Origin: Arenicellales bacterium
GTDB taxonomy: Bacteria; Pseudomonadota; Gammaproteobacteria; Arenicellales; JAJDZL01
DNA length: 64,000 nt
Direction of reading: 5' to 3'
Assembly (NCBI GenBank): GCA_965116205.1
Contig: OZ220493.1
Span: forward strand, 1,547,029-1,611,028
A program made the position numbers and the translations under genes. Each line of letters opens with the position of its first letter. Position 1 is the first letter of the stretch. This document shows, one piece after another, positions 8,346-18,461 of the stretch. Under the pieces are notes generated by a model. The model saw only the letters and a program-made list of their open reading frames with translations, ran no database searches and was not told the origin of the DNA.

Positions 8346-10433
8346 TTGAAGATGAGACGACAAGCATTGGAATATCTGCGGACTGCTCTGAAAAAACCAT
8401 CTGCGTCTTTTCGGGATGGCCAATGGGAGAGCATTGAACAGTTATTGATTGGTAAACGAGTTCTAGTTGTACAGCGTACCGGTTGGGGAAAGAGCATGGT
8501 TTATTTCCTCACCACCAAGTTATTGCGTGAACGAGGAGAGGGTCCGACGCTATTGATCTCACCGTTGCTGTCGCTAATGCGCAATCAGATCGAATCAGCC
8601 CAGCGAATCGGCGTCAAAGCCCTCACCCTAAACAGCACCAATACTGACGAGTGGGAGGTGATTCAAGATGAACTGCTGGCAAATCGTGTGGATATCCTTC
8701 TCATTTCCCCGGAGCGTTTGGCCAACGATTCTTTCCGGCAGGATATTCTGAGCAATTTAGTCAAAAATATCGGCTTATTTGCCATTGATGAAGCACATTG
8801 TATTTCGGATTGGGGACACGATTTCAGACCTGATTATCAGCGGATTGAACGTGTGCTACAGGCCATTCCATCTACAGTACCGATTGTCGCAACCACCGCT
8901 ACGGCAAACAATCGTGTCGTTGCAGACGTTAAAGGGCAGCTCGGGCAGAATATCATTGTTCAAAGAGGTTCATTGATTCGCAACAGTCTAAAGTTGCAGA
9001 ACATCAGTATGCCAAAGCAGGTCGCGCGGCTGGCTTGGCTCGCGCAAACTATCCCTACACTTCCCGGCAGTGGAATCGTGTATACCCTGACTCAGCACGA
9101 CGCGGAGCGAGTGACTGAGTGGCTCAGGAACAATCATATTGATGCTGCCGCTTATCATGCGGATGTTGCTGGTCGGGAACAATTAGAATGGCAACTGTTG
9201 AATAATGAAATCAAAGTGCTGGTGGCAACCGTGGCGCTGGGTATGGGTTTTGATAAACCAGATCTAGAATTTATCATTCATTATCAACGCCCGGCATCAG
9301 TCGTGCATTATTACCAACAGGTGGGGAGAGCCGGCCGCGCGGTAGATCAGGCTTATGGCATTCTCCTGTGTGGCACAGAGGATGATCACATTGCCGATTA
9401 CTTTATCCGCCAAGCGTTTCCGCCGCAACAGCATGTCACCGAAATCTTGAAAGCCTTAGATGAATCTGACAACGGACTTTCAGTACCGGAACTGCAGGTT
9501 GCCTTGAATCTGGCGAATGGTCACATTGCAAAAACGCTGAAATTCTTAACGGTTGAATCTCCTTCTCCGGTCGTCAAAATTGGCACCAAGTGGCATGTCA
9601 CAGCCGACGCCGCCACTTATCGAATGGATGAGGAGCGAATGAATGCGATCACTAAAATCCGGTACGCTGAGCAACGGCAGATGCGCGATTACATGCGTCA
9701 TTCTCGCTGCCTGATGAATTTTCTACGAGCCAGTCTAGATGACCCATCGACTATTTCATGTGGACAATGCAGAAATTGCAATCCGGCGTTGCTCTTGGAC
9801 GAAACCTATGATGAACGTCTCGCTAACGAGGCAGCAGCTTTTTTACACCGAAGTTGCCAGCCAATCCAACCAAGAAAACAATGGCCAGTTCGCGACCTAT
9901 TCAAACAATATGCTCTCGGCCCACAGCGCAGAATTGACGAAACTCTGCAACACCGGGAAGGTCTTGTATTGACTATTTGGCGTGAAGCTGGTTGGGGAGA
10001 ACTGGTTGCTCATGGAAAATTGATTACTCATCAATTTGACGATAAATTGGTAACTGCCTGCGTAAGAATGTTACGCAATGTGAACTTTGTCGCGAGGTGG
10101 GTTACTGCGGTTCCATCATTGGAACGCCCTGATTTAGTACCGGATTTTGCTGAGCGGTTGGCAAGCGCTCTTCATTTGCCTTTCATACCCTGTGTTGAGA
10201 AGGTGGTTGCCAATCGGCGGCAGATAGAGATGGAAAACAGTTATCAACAAGCCAGAAATCTTGATGGTGTTTACCGAGTCCCCCACTGTTGCCAACCTGA
10301 AGCATGCCTCTTGGTTGATGACGTAATCATGTCGGGGTGGACTTTCACCGTCGTCTCAGCTTTGCTTCTTCAGGCCGGTTGCTCCGCCGTGTTTCCGTTG
10401 GCATTGGCTTCAAATAAGATGCGAATCAACTGA
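8346..10433 (+). CDS. RecQ-like helicase with C-terminal PRTase domain (PsyrT/RqlH-type)
   Basis: QRTGWGKS, DEAHCISDWGHDFRPDY, ALGMGFDKPD, YYQQVGRAGR, Zn motif CGQCRNC, and PRTase loop LLVDDVIMSGWT. Confidence 0.88.
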   Translation: MKMRRQALEYLRTALKKPSASFRDGQWESIEQLLIGKRVLVVQRTGWGKSMVYFLTTKLLRERGEGPTLLISPLLSLMRNQIESAQRIGVKALTLNSTNTDEWEVIQDELLANRVDILLISPERLANDSFRQDILSNLVKNIGLFAIDEAHCISDWGHDFRPDYQRIERVLQAIPSTVPIVATTATANNRVVADVKGQLGQNIIVQRGSLIRNSLKLQNISMPKQVARLAWLAQTIPTLPGSGIVYTLTQHDAERVTEWLRNNHIDAAAYHADVAGREQLEWQLLNNEIKVLVATVALGMGFDKPDLEFIIHYQRPASVVHYYQQVGRAGRAVDQAYGILLCGTEDDHIADYFIRQAFPPQQHVTEILKALDESDNGLSVPELQVALNLANGHIAKTLKFLTVESPSPVVKIGTKWHVTADAATYRMDEERMNAITKIRYAEQRQMRDYMRHSRCLMNFLRASLDDPSTISCGQCRNCNPALLLDETYDERLANEAAAFLHRSCQPIQPRKQWPVRDLFKQYALGPQRRIDETLQHREGLVLTIWREAGWGELVAHGKLITHQFDDKLVTACVRMLRNVNFVARWVTAVPSLERPDLVPDFAERLASALHLPFIPCVEKVVANRRQIEMENSYQQARNLDGVYRVPHCCQPEACLLVDDVIMSGWTFTVVSALLLQAGCSAVFPLALASNKMRIN

Positions 10434-11710
10434 TGGCAGAGGGATTTTCAACTGAGGATAAAAACGCGATTCTCCTGCTCTGCGGTGTTTTCGGAGACAA
10501 TCGAACCGAAAACCCCCTGTCCGTGCATGAATATTCAATGATCGGACGCTGGCTGATGGACGTGAATTTGTCGCCGAGTGCACTGTTGGAGAAACAATAC
10601 ATGATTGCAGCTGCCAAGCAGACGGGTATTGATAGGCAACGCTTGAAACACCTACTGGGCAGAGGTGTTCAGTTGGGATTTGCTTTGGAAGAGTGGCAGC
10701 GTAATGGGATATGGGTGATTTGCCGGGGCGATGACGACTATCCGATTCGTTATAAACAGCATCTTAAGTTCTTAGCGCCGCCATTATTGTTTGGAGTGGG
10801 AAATCGTTGTCTTCTCGCTGGCGGAGGTCTTGGCATTGTTGGTACCCACAATGTAGATCAGGCCGGCGAAACTTTTACCCGCCAAATCGCTGAACTCTGT
10901 GCTAAGAATGCAATGCGGGTGGTTGCAGGGGATGCCAGAGGTGTTGATCAGATTGCCATGTCCACCGCCCTTGCTGCCGGTGGTGAAGTGATTGGTTTGA
11001 TTACTGAAAAACTCCTGAACAAAAGCGTGGAACGACTATACCGTCGGGCCATTGCTGATGGACGTCTTTTGTTGATATCACCCTATCACCCCAGTGCACG
11101 TTTTACGGCGGGGAATGCCATGCACCGGAACAAATTGACCTACGCGATGGCTGATTATGGGATGGTCGTGAGTACAGAGTACAAAAAGGGTGGTACGTGG
11201 ATAGGAGTTGAAGAGGAACTCAAACGGAAAAATTCAATCCCTATTTTTGTGCGGATAGACCACACCGTACCAAAGGGCAATCGGCATTTGTTAAACCTTG
11301 GTGCAATTCAGTGGCAATGGGTCGACTCAGACAAACGTCACGGCTGGCAACAGGCTTTACAAGATTTGACGACAAAGTCGCGTATCAATCAATCCGAAAA
11401 CTCTCAGATGAGCATTGACTACTCAATGATGGCAGATGAAGGTGTCGCAGATGCAGGTGAAAAATCCGGTTCAGTAGTGACTGAGCATGAAGTGTTCAAA
11501 CAGGAGGCATCCGGCACTGCGTACCATGCTGTTTTACCCCTCATTCTGAAAGAACTAGATGGTGCGACTACAGTAGACGAGCTGGCTCAAACCTTACAGG
11601 TACATAAACCACAGCTCAGAGTTTGGCTGAAGCAAGCTGTGGAGGAAAAATGGATGATTCAAATTTCCACCAATCTATACAAGAAGGCCGATTCAGGTGA
11701 GCAAGCGTAA
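10433..11710 (+). CDS. DprA/Smf-like protein (PsyrA/RqlI-type)
   Basis: DDYP..., PPLLFGVGN, GIVG, ARGVD, LLISPYHP..F..GNAM.RNK and GGTW, with a C-terminal wHTH. It is translationally coupled (TGATG) to the helicase. Confidence 0.85.
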   Translation: MAEGFSTEDKNAILLLCGVFGDNRTENPLSVHEYSMIGRWLMDVNLSPSALLEKQYMIAAAKQTGIDRQRLKHLLGRGVQLGFALEEWQRNGIWVICRGDDDYPIRYKQHLKFLAPPLLFGVGNRCLLAGGGLGIVGTHNVDQAGETFTRQIAELCAKNAMRVVAGDARGVDQIAMSTALAAGGEVIGLITEKLLNKSVERLYRRAIADGRLLLISPYHPSARFTAGNAMHRNKLTYAMADYGMVVSTEYKKGGTWIGVEEELKRKNSIPIFVRIDHTVPKGNRHLLNLGAIQWQWVDSDKRHGWQQALQDLTTKSRINQSENSQMSIDYSMMADEGVADAGEKSGSVVTEHEVFKQEASGTAYHAVLPLILKELDGATTVDELAQTLQVHKPQLRVWLKQAVEEKWMIQISTNLYKKADSGEQA

Positions 11711-11896
11711 TGCCCGGTAGCCGGGCGTTGTGATTGTTTTCCACCAATATTCCCCGTACTCAGATCCAGATGAGTGGCACAGTAAAATGCCGGTCAGTCA
11801 ACTGACAAGCGTCATTGTCAATCTCACTTTGGTGACCAAAAGTTACCGGCCGTGAATCGGACAATCTCCCGGATTTGATGATTGCGCCAGCATCGC

Positions 11897-13024
11897 TTAC
11901 GTCAAGCGAAAGCGGTCGGGCGACAGTCTTGCAAATGGAAAATTGGACGTTGGAAAGGTTTGCGGCGGCTCGGTTCGGGTAATGAGCGAGGTGGCGTATT
12001 GACCGATTGCTGGTGACGTGAAGATGCCATAACCGCCTTGTCCCACCAACCAGAAAAAACCAGGATGCTCTGGTTCCCAGCCGATGACCGGGTCACCATC
12101 CTGAGAGAACGTTCGCAGGCCGGCCCAAGCGTGCGCAATGCGTCTGATTTTGAGCGTTGAAACAGCTTCAAATCGCGCCACTGTGATCGCCTTATCAATC
12201 TCTTCAGGTTGTGCATCACGGGGTGCGCTGGGGGTTTCGTCAATCGGTGACATCATCAGTTGACCGCTTCCAAACTGCTGAAAATAAAGGTAGTCCGGTT
12301 CAACAATGACGAAAGGCAAATCGTCGAACCTAAGGTCTTCGAATGGTTCATCATCAATTACTACGATAGTTCGGCGTTTGGGTATCAGTCCGACGGGACT
12401 GATGCCAGCCAGCTTCGCTATTTCATCGCCCCACGCCCCTGTAGCATTGACTACTATTGAACTCGTATAGGAATGTTCACCGGCAATGATTGTCCAAGTA
12501 TTAGATGCGGAACACGTTATTCTGGTTACTACGCTGTCGGTGAATACTTTCCCACCGCAACTAGTTAGTGTTCTGATATAGAGACTGTGTAGCGCGTGAA
12601 CATCAATGGCGGCCACCTGGGTGTCAAGCACGCCACCGACGTATTTTCCAGCCCTGAGAAACGAAACTTTTTCAAGGCATTCTGTTTCATTGAGCCAGCT
12701 GCTTTTCGGTGGTCGGTCGATGGTCATGGCAATGGACTGATCAACCAAGGTCATGGTTTGGCGAGGATTGAGTACCGATACTTCACGGTCAAACGCCGGT
12801 GATTCAAGAAATGGTCGGCTGAGCGCGCCAAAGGCTCGCATTGAGTCGGGTCCATAAAATGGGGTGTAGAGTGCGGCGCTCCTACCGGTCGTATGGTAAG
12901 CCAGTGAACTTTCTTTTTCCAACAGTGCGACGTTCAATCCATCATTCGCTAAAAACGCGGCGACCGAGGCACCGGCGATTCCTCCGCCGATGACGATCGC
13001 ATCATGGTGATTTTTTGTATTCAC
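11897..13024 (-). CDS. FAD-dependent oxidoreductase (DAO/D-amino acid dehydrogenase family)
   Basis: IVIGGGIAG, YHTTGRSAA, VNATGAWGD, WAGLRTF and FFWLVGQGGYGI. Confidence 0.9.
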   Translation of the reverse strand: MNTKNHHDAIVIGGGIAGASVAAFLANDGLNVALLEKESSLAYHTTGRSAALYTPFYGPDSMRAFGALSRPFLESPAFDREVSVLNPRQTMTLVDQSIAMTIDRPPKSSWLNETECLEKVSFLRAGKYVGGVLDTQVAAIDVHALHSLYIRTLTSCGGKVFTDSVVTRITCSASNTWTIIAGEHSYTSSIVVNATGAWGDEIAKLAGISPVGLIPKRRTIVVIDDEPFEDLRFDDLPFVIVEPDYLYFQQFGSGQLMMSPIDETPSAPRDAQPEEIDKAITVARFEAVSTLKIRRIAHAWAGLRTFSQDGDPVIGWEPEHPGFFWLVGQGGYGIFTSPAIGQYATSLITRTEPPQTFPTSNFPFARLSPDRFRLT

Positions 13025-15067
13025 TTACAGCTGCTGACAAAGGCGCAGTGAATCATAAATGGCCGCATGGATGTTGCGACCGGCCAGCGCATCACCCACT
13101 CTGAATAACTGAAAGCTGCCTGCCGGGTTTACCACTAGATTTTGCGGTGCGCCGCCAACGAGCGCGTCAATATCAATGGTCCCATGATTGCTGGACTGCG
13201 ATTTCAGGTCAAAGTACAACCCATCATTGGGCAGTGTCCCATGTTCCACCACAATCTGTGTTGCTGAAATGGATGTAGTACGCCGGTCGTATTCATTGTA
13301 GAACTGTCCGGTGAGCATGCCATTTTCGCGCGTCAGACTCAGCAATCGTTGGTTGGGTACCATCTGGACACCATGTTGATAGAATAGTTTGAGATAAATG
13401 GGATAATTGGTACCGCCGACTTCCTGAGCAACACTGCGGTCTGGGGTAACCACTTTAACCGCGCCGCCCTGTAGGGCGATAAACTCCGCACAGGAGATGC
13501 CCTGGTGCTGGCCATTGTCGTCGTAGACCAGTACATCGCCGGCCACCGCAGTGATGCCGGTCAGCACATCCCATGTGGTTGCCGCATACTCTTCGCCGGA
13601 ATGTAGGAAAGATAGATTGGGTAGCCCGCCGGTCGCGATAATCACGATATCCGGATTCTCGCTGATGATGTCAGCCGATTCAGCAAACAGATTGAAACGC
13701 AGGTCAACGCTTAACCTTTGTAACTGCGCGTAGCGCCAATCAATAATACCAAGAATTTCTTTTCTGCGTTCTACCTTGGCGGCGATGGCCACCTGTCCAC
13801 CCGGTTGACCGCTTGCTTCAAACAGCAGTACATCATGTCCGCGTTCAGCCGCCACTCGAGCCGCTTCCAATCCAGCCGGCCCGGCACCAACAACCACGAC
13901 TCGCTTTGTGTTACTCGCTGGTGCAATCACGTGCGGCGCAGTTTCTTCACGACCCGTGGATGGGTTGTGAATACACAAGGCTTCGGATCCGACATAGATG
14001 CGATCAATGCAGTAGCCGGCGCCGACACAGGGTCGGATCTGGTCTTCCTGTTGCTGTTCAATTTTTTTCACGATATGAGGGTCGGCCATGTGTGCTCGGG
14101 TCATCCCGACCAGATCGACACAACCGCTGCCAACTGCATGCCGAGCGGTTGCGACATCGGCGATCCTGGCGGCGTGAAGAATGGGTAGCTTCAGTTCTGA
14201 GCGAACTGCCGAAGTAAATTCCAAATGGGGTCCGGCAGGTGTTCCCATATTGGGAATGACGTGCGACAGGCCTTCGTCGGTATCCACATGTCCTTTGATG
14301 ACATTAATGAAGTCGAGTTGACCTGAATCAGTGAGTTGCTTCGCAATGGTCATGCCCTCATCAAATTGCAAACCGCCTTCTAACTCTTCGTCAACCACCA
14401 TACGAATGCCGACAATGTAGTCCCGACCCACTTGGTTGCGAATCTCGTCAATGACCTCGCGGGTGAAACGCAGTCGATTGGCCAGACTCCCACCGTATTC
14501 GTCGGTTCGACGATTGGTGAGTGGCGACCAGAATCCATCCAGCAAATGGCCATAACCTTCGATTTCAACCCCATCAAGATTGCCTTCAAGGCAGCGTCTG
14601 GCAGCGGCACCATAAGCTCTGGCAATACGAACCATATCTTCGCGTTCCATTTCTTTTGGAAAAGAACGATGCGCCGGTTCCCGTACACAGGAGGCCGCAA
14701 TGGTCGGTAGCCAGTCTTCAACGTAAGGCGAAGTACGCCGACCCAAGTGAGTAATCTGGCACATCAGCGCCGCACCATGTTGATGAACCCGTTCCGCCAG
14801 CTGTTGGAAATACGGAATGATGTCGTCGGAACCGGCATATAGATTACCAAAGGCCGGCGGGGAGTCTCGATCAACCAGTGTCGAGCCACCAAACATGGTC
14901 AGCGCAATACCACCTTTGGCTTTTTCCTCGTGATAGAGCTGGTAACGAAGTTTAGGCAGCTTATCGTCAGAGTAGGCCGGTTCGTGACTGGTGCTGATGA
15001 TTCTGTTGCGAAGTTCCAGATGTTTAAGTCTGAATGGTTGCAGGAGAGGATCTTTTGAATGATTCAT
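13025..15067 (-). CDS. NADH:flavin oxidoreductase, N-methylproline demethylase (StcD/HpbA)-like
   Basis: DPLLQPF.LKHL.LRNRI.STSHEPAY, OYE TIM barrel, Fe-S motif RPCVGAGYC.....ALC, VVVGAGPAGLEAAR, and C-terminal RNIHAAIYD.LRL. Confidence 0.8.
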   Translation of the reverse strand: MNHSKDPLLQPFRLKHLELRNRIISTSHEPAYSDDKLPKLRYQLYHEEKAKGGIALTMFGGSTLVDRDSPPAFGNLYAGSDDIIPYFQQLAERVHQHGAALMCQITHLGRRTSPYVEDWLPTIAASCVREPAHRSFPKEMEREDMVRIARAYGAAARRCLEGNLDGVEIEGYGHLLDGFWSPLTNRRTDEYGGSLANRLRFTREVIDEIRNQVGRDYIVGIRMVVDEELEGGLQFDEGMTIAKQLTDSGQLDFINVIKGHVDTDEGLSHVIPNMGTPAGPHLEFTSAVRSELKLPILHAARIADVATARHAVGSGCVDLVGMTRAHMADPHIVKKIEQQQEDQIRPCVGAGYCIDRIYVGSEALCIHNPSTGREETAPHVIAPASNTKRVVVVGAGPAGLEAARVAAERGHDVLLFEASGQPGGQVAIAAKVERRKEILGIIDWRYAQLQRLSVDLRFNLFAESADIISENPDIVIIATGGLPNLSFLHSGEEYAATTWDVLTGITAVAGDVLVYDDNGQHQGISCAEFIALQGGAVKVVTPDRSVAQEVGGTNYPIYLKLFYQHGVQMVPNQRLLSLTRENGMLTGQFYNEYDRRTTSISATQIVVEHGTLPNDGLYFDLKSQSSNHGTIDIDALVGGAPQNLVVNPAGSFQLFRVGDALAGRNIHAAIYDSLRLCQQL

Positions 15068-15608
15068 TACTTTTTTAGTCAGATATAACAGAATTAAATT
15101 GGAATGTTACCATAAATGTTCATCGCATGGTTGAAATTGGAAGTTTCTGGGAAATGAATAGGTGGGAACCATCGACTTTCACTGGATGGGTGTTGCATCA
15201 CTTGATGTATACGTCTCAGTATGAGTTGTTCAGATTTCAAATGCGCTGATGAAGATTGTTCCATATTTTAAGGTTGCCTGAGTAAACACTAAATCTGTCT
15301 CTGCGGCGACGGGAAGATGTTGCGCGAAAAAAATACACTCAAGCCTGAATATCAACCAGTTCATACCGTCGCGCAGGATTCTGACAAGTAGAGAAAAGCG
15401 CCTCAATCGGTCGGTGGAAGCTGTGGTTGCACATTCTAGCGTACTGTCATTCAGTCGTTCTCGCCCTTACTGAGCAATCGCTCCGCCCAACAAATTGAAA
15501 TAAATTAAAATTTGACTCTAAACAACTCCTCAGTTGTTCCTCACTGGACCAGTTCGTCTGAAATATATTGGTCAAATAGCAGAATTATCTCAATTTATCG
15601 TTTTTTAA

Positions 15609-16499
15609 ATGGCTGATTGGATCTTATATAACGGAGAATTGTCCCGTGGTTTGGATTTAGAATTTATCGAACTTGTTGATTCGAATAAAGATTCGGATCA
15701 TGCGGTTCTGATATTGGTTTCAGGAGGTGGAAATGCTGATGCCGCATACAAAATTGGACGATATCTGCAAGATACATATCAGAATTATGACGTGCTATTG
15801 TCTGGTTTGTGTAAGAGTGCCGGAACATTATTGGCCATATCAGGAAATGGATTGATATTTACTCCATACGGGGAACTGGGACCCCTTGATGTGCAGTTAA
15901 CTAAAGAAGATAAACTCGGTGTACAAGAATCTGGACTTGACATTAGTGAAGCTTTTATTTCTATGGAGGGGAGAGCATCAGATTTGTATCATGTTCTAAT
16001 CAATGAGATTTTTTCAGCGTCGAATGGAATCGTTTCGCTTCGAACAGCAATGAAGGCTGCCAGTCAAATGATTTCTGCCTTGTATGGTCCAGTTTTTGCC
16101 CGATTTAACCCGGAAGACGTTGGTGCCAGAGCAAGAGCGATGCGAATCGGCGAAGAATATGCAATTAGATTGAATTCCAAATCTATGAATTTGAAAGAGG
16201 AATTTGTTCAGGAATTATCTCGTTCCTATCCAAGCCACGGTTTTGTGATAGATTTCGCAGAAGCAGAGAGAATGTTCAATAATGTTAGACGGGCCAATAA
16301 AAGTGAAATTGAAACGATAAAATTATTGGGTAAGGTTGCACGTTTTCCATCACCTGAACCACAAATGAAATTTTTATCATCGAATGAGGTTTATCAAAAT
16401 GAGTACGAAGTTGGCGACAATATCAGTTCGCAAGAACAATTCTCAAGAGGAACGAGAAAGAAGAATGGACGAAATACTAAAAAAACAAGCAGAACGTAA
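15609..16499 (+). CDS. SDH_sah / ClpP-fold serine protease
   Basis: SGGGNADAAYKI, CKSAGTLLA, GELGPLDVQ and YPSHGFVI. The region is AT-richer than its flanks. Confidence 0.75.
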   Translation: MADWILYNGELSRGLDLEFIELVDSNKDSDHAVLILVSGGGNADAAYKIGRYLQDTYQNYDVLLSGLCKSAGTLLAISGNGLIFTPYGELGPLDVQLTKEDKLGVQESGLDISEAFISMEGRASDLYHVLINEIFSASNGIVSLRTAMKAASQMISALYGPVFARFNPEDVGARARAMRIGEEYAIRLNSKSMNLKEEFVQELSRSYPSHGFVIDFAEAERMFNNVRRANKSEIETIKLLGKVARFPSPEPQMKFLSSNEVYQNEYEVGDNISSQEQFSRGTRKKNGRNTKKTSRT

Positions 16500-16587
16500 T
16501 GTTCTACAGCCTGCCGGGAGTAGAAAATATAGAGACTGGAATGAAGTAAAACCTAATCGTGATGGTCAACCTCGAACGTGGTTTTGA
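16399..16587 (+). CDS. Small basic protein (62 aa) overlapping the protease 3' end
   Basis: ATG at 16399 is preceded by GAGGT. Sequence MSTKLATISVRKNNSQEERERRMDEILKKQ...RTWF; no recognised family. Confidence 0.35.
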   Translation: MSTKLATISVRKNNSQEERERRMDEILKKQAERNVLQPAGSRKYRDWNEVKPNRDGQPRTWF

Positions 16588-16902
16588 TCGCAACTATAGG
16601 TTTTTTCCTCTAGAAATTCTTTCACAAACTACTGCCCTGTTGTCGGTATCCCACGTTTCGGGACGCGCATTCTAAAATCCCTTTGGTGCGTGCGTCGACA
16701 CAATTTGAATGCTACATTCATGATGATAGATGAGAACCACCTCTAATTTCTCAGTATCGGTTCATTTGATCCTTGTCGACGAATAGCTACACGAAATATA
16801 CAAAAAGATTGCAGAGTACTTAGAATATTGAACGATTGAAATGAGTGCTTGTCGTTCGCTTCGCCAAATCGGTCAATTTAACTCATCTCATAACTCTTCT
16901 TA

Positions 16903-18441
16903 ATGGCAACAGTGTCACGGAAAAAAGACAGACAGCGCCGACACCGGCACACACCGGCGACTATTGAACAATTGCCATTTGGGCAGGTTGAAAACCCGTT
17001 TTCGCCTATTGATATTCTGTCAGCAGAACAACTGCAGAAAATCCATAACACATCACTTGATGTGCTGGAAGACATCGGTATCAACTTTCTATTAGACGAG
17101 GCGCGTGAAATCCTCAAAATAGCCGGGGCAGAGGTTGACAAGGATGGTACCCGTGTGCGTTTTGATCGAAATTTGATCCTAGAATCAATCGCCAAAGCTC
17201 CACCCGAGTTCACGATACATGCCAGGAATCCAGACAGAAATCTGCAAATCGGCGGCAAATGGCTTACGTTTTCCACGGTGGCCGGCCCACCTAATGCCAG
17301 TGATTTACAGAACGGCCGCCGGTCCGGGAACTTCGCAGACTACAGCAATTTCATTCGTCTCGCGCAACGTGCCAATATCGTGCATGCCATTTCCGGTCAT
17401 CCCGTAGAACCTTTGGACCTGCACCCCCAGACCCGTCACCTTGATACGGCGAGAGTGAATTTGACGCTGTCAGATAAAGTCTGCCGGGTCTATTCCCTCG
17501 GTCGTGACCGCGTGATGGATGTACTGGAAATTGCCCGCATCAGTCGTAACCTGAGTTGGGACGCGCTGGCCCAGCAGCCGAGTCTTTATACGGTTGTCAA
17601 TGTCAATTCCCCACTGCAGTACGATATCCCGATGTTATGGGGGATCATTGAGTTGTCTAGGATGAATCAGGTGGTCGTGATCACCCCATTCACCTTGGCT
17701 GGAGCGATGGCTCCGATTACTCTGGCCGGTGCGATTACCCAGCAGAATGCCGAGGCTTTGGCCGGTATCGCGTTCTCACAGATGGTTAATCCGGGCGCGC
17801 CAGTCATGTACGGTGGATTTACTTCAAACGTCGATATGAAAACCGGCTCGCCGGCATTCGGCACCCCGGAATATGTTAAAGCAACATTGATGGGCGGACA
17901 ATTTGCTCGGTTCTACAACCTGCCATACCGCTCTTCCAATGTCAACGCCTCCAATGCTCCTGATGTACAGGCCATCTATGAATCGCAAATGGCGATCTGG
18001 GGCTCGGTGATGGCGCGCGCCAATCTTGTCCATCATGCACTCGGCTGGCTAGAAGGAGGACTGTGCGCGTCGTTCGAAAAATTTATCATTGATATTGAAA
18101 TGCTGCAGGGTATGGTTGAAGTGTTGAAACCGGTTACTGTGGATGACGATTCACTTGGTATCGATGCCATTCGGGAAGTCGGTCCGGGGGGACATTTTTT
18201 TTCGGCGCAGCAAACTATGCAACGCTATGAATCGGAGTTCTATAAACCAATTCTGTCGGATTGGCGAAACTATGAGACCTGGTCTGAAGATGGCGCGCTG
18301 GATGCAACGACCCGCGCCAATCGAATCTACCGACAACTGCTTGACGAGTATCAGCCGCCCGAAGTTGATGCGGCCATTCTGCAGGAGTTGGATGAGTTCA
18401 TTGAAAAAACCCGTCAGGAGCGTCGTCAGACTCCTGCTTGA
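16903..18441 (+). CDS. Trimethylamine methyltransferase (MttB) family, non-pyrrolysine
   Basis: IH..SL.VLE.IG, NVNSPLQYD, TPFTLAGAMAP.TLAG, SNVDMKTGSPAFGTPE, GWLEGGL and VGPGGHF. There is no in-frame amber codon. Confidence 0.92.
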   Translation: MATVSRKKDRQRRHRHTPATIEQLPFGQVENPFSPIDILSAEQLQKIHNTSLDVLEDIGINFLLDEAREILKIAGAEVDKDGTRVRFDRNLILESIAKAPPEFTIHARNPDRNLQIGGKWLTFSTVAGPPNASDLQNGRRSGNFADYSNFIRLAQRANIVHAISGHPVEPLDLHPQTRHLDTARVNLTLSDKVCRVYSLGRDRVMDVLEIARISRNLSWDALAQQPSLYTVVNVNSPLQYDIPMLWGIIELSRMNQVVVITPFTLAGAMAPITLAGAITQQNAEALAGIAFSQMVNPGAPVMYGGFTSNVDMKTGSPAFGTPEYVKATLMGGQFARFYNLPYRSSNVNASNAPDVQAIYESQMAIWGSVMARANLVHHALGWLEGGLCASFEKFIIDIEMLQGMVEVLKPVTVDDDSLGIDAIREVGPGGHFFSAQQTMQRYESEFYKPILSDWRNYETWSEDGALDATTRANRIYRQLLDEYQPPEVDAAILQELDEFIEKTRQERRQTPA

Positions 18442-18461
18442 TTTGATACGGAGAAATTAGC

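Noticed and set aside
15068..15608. Long intergenic region as a possible riboswitch
   Set aside because: No recognisable glycine, SAM, THF or cobalamin riboswitch consensus by eye. An Rfam scan would be needed to exclude one.
16903..18441. Pyrrolysine recoding in MttB
   Set aside because: The ORF is full length with no in-frame TAG, and no pyl genes are present.
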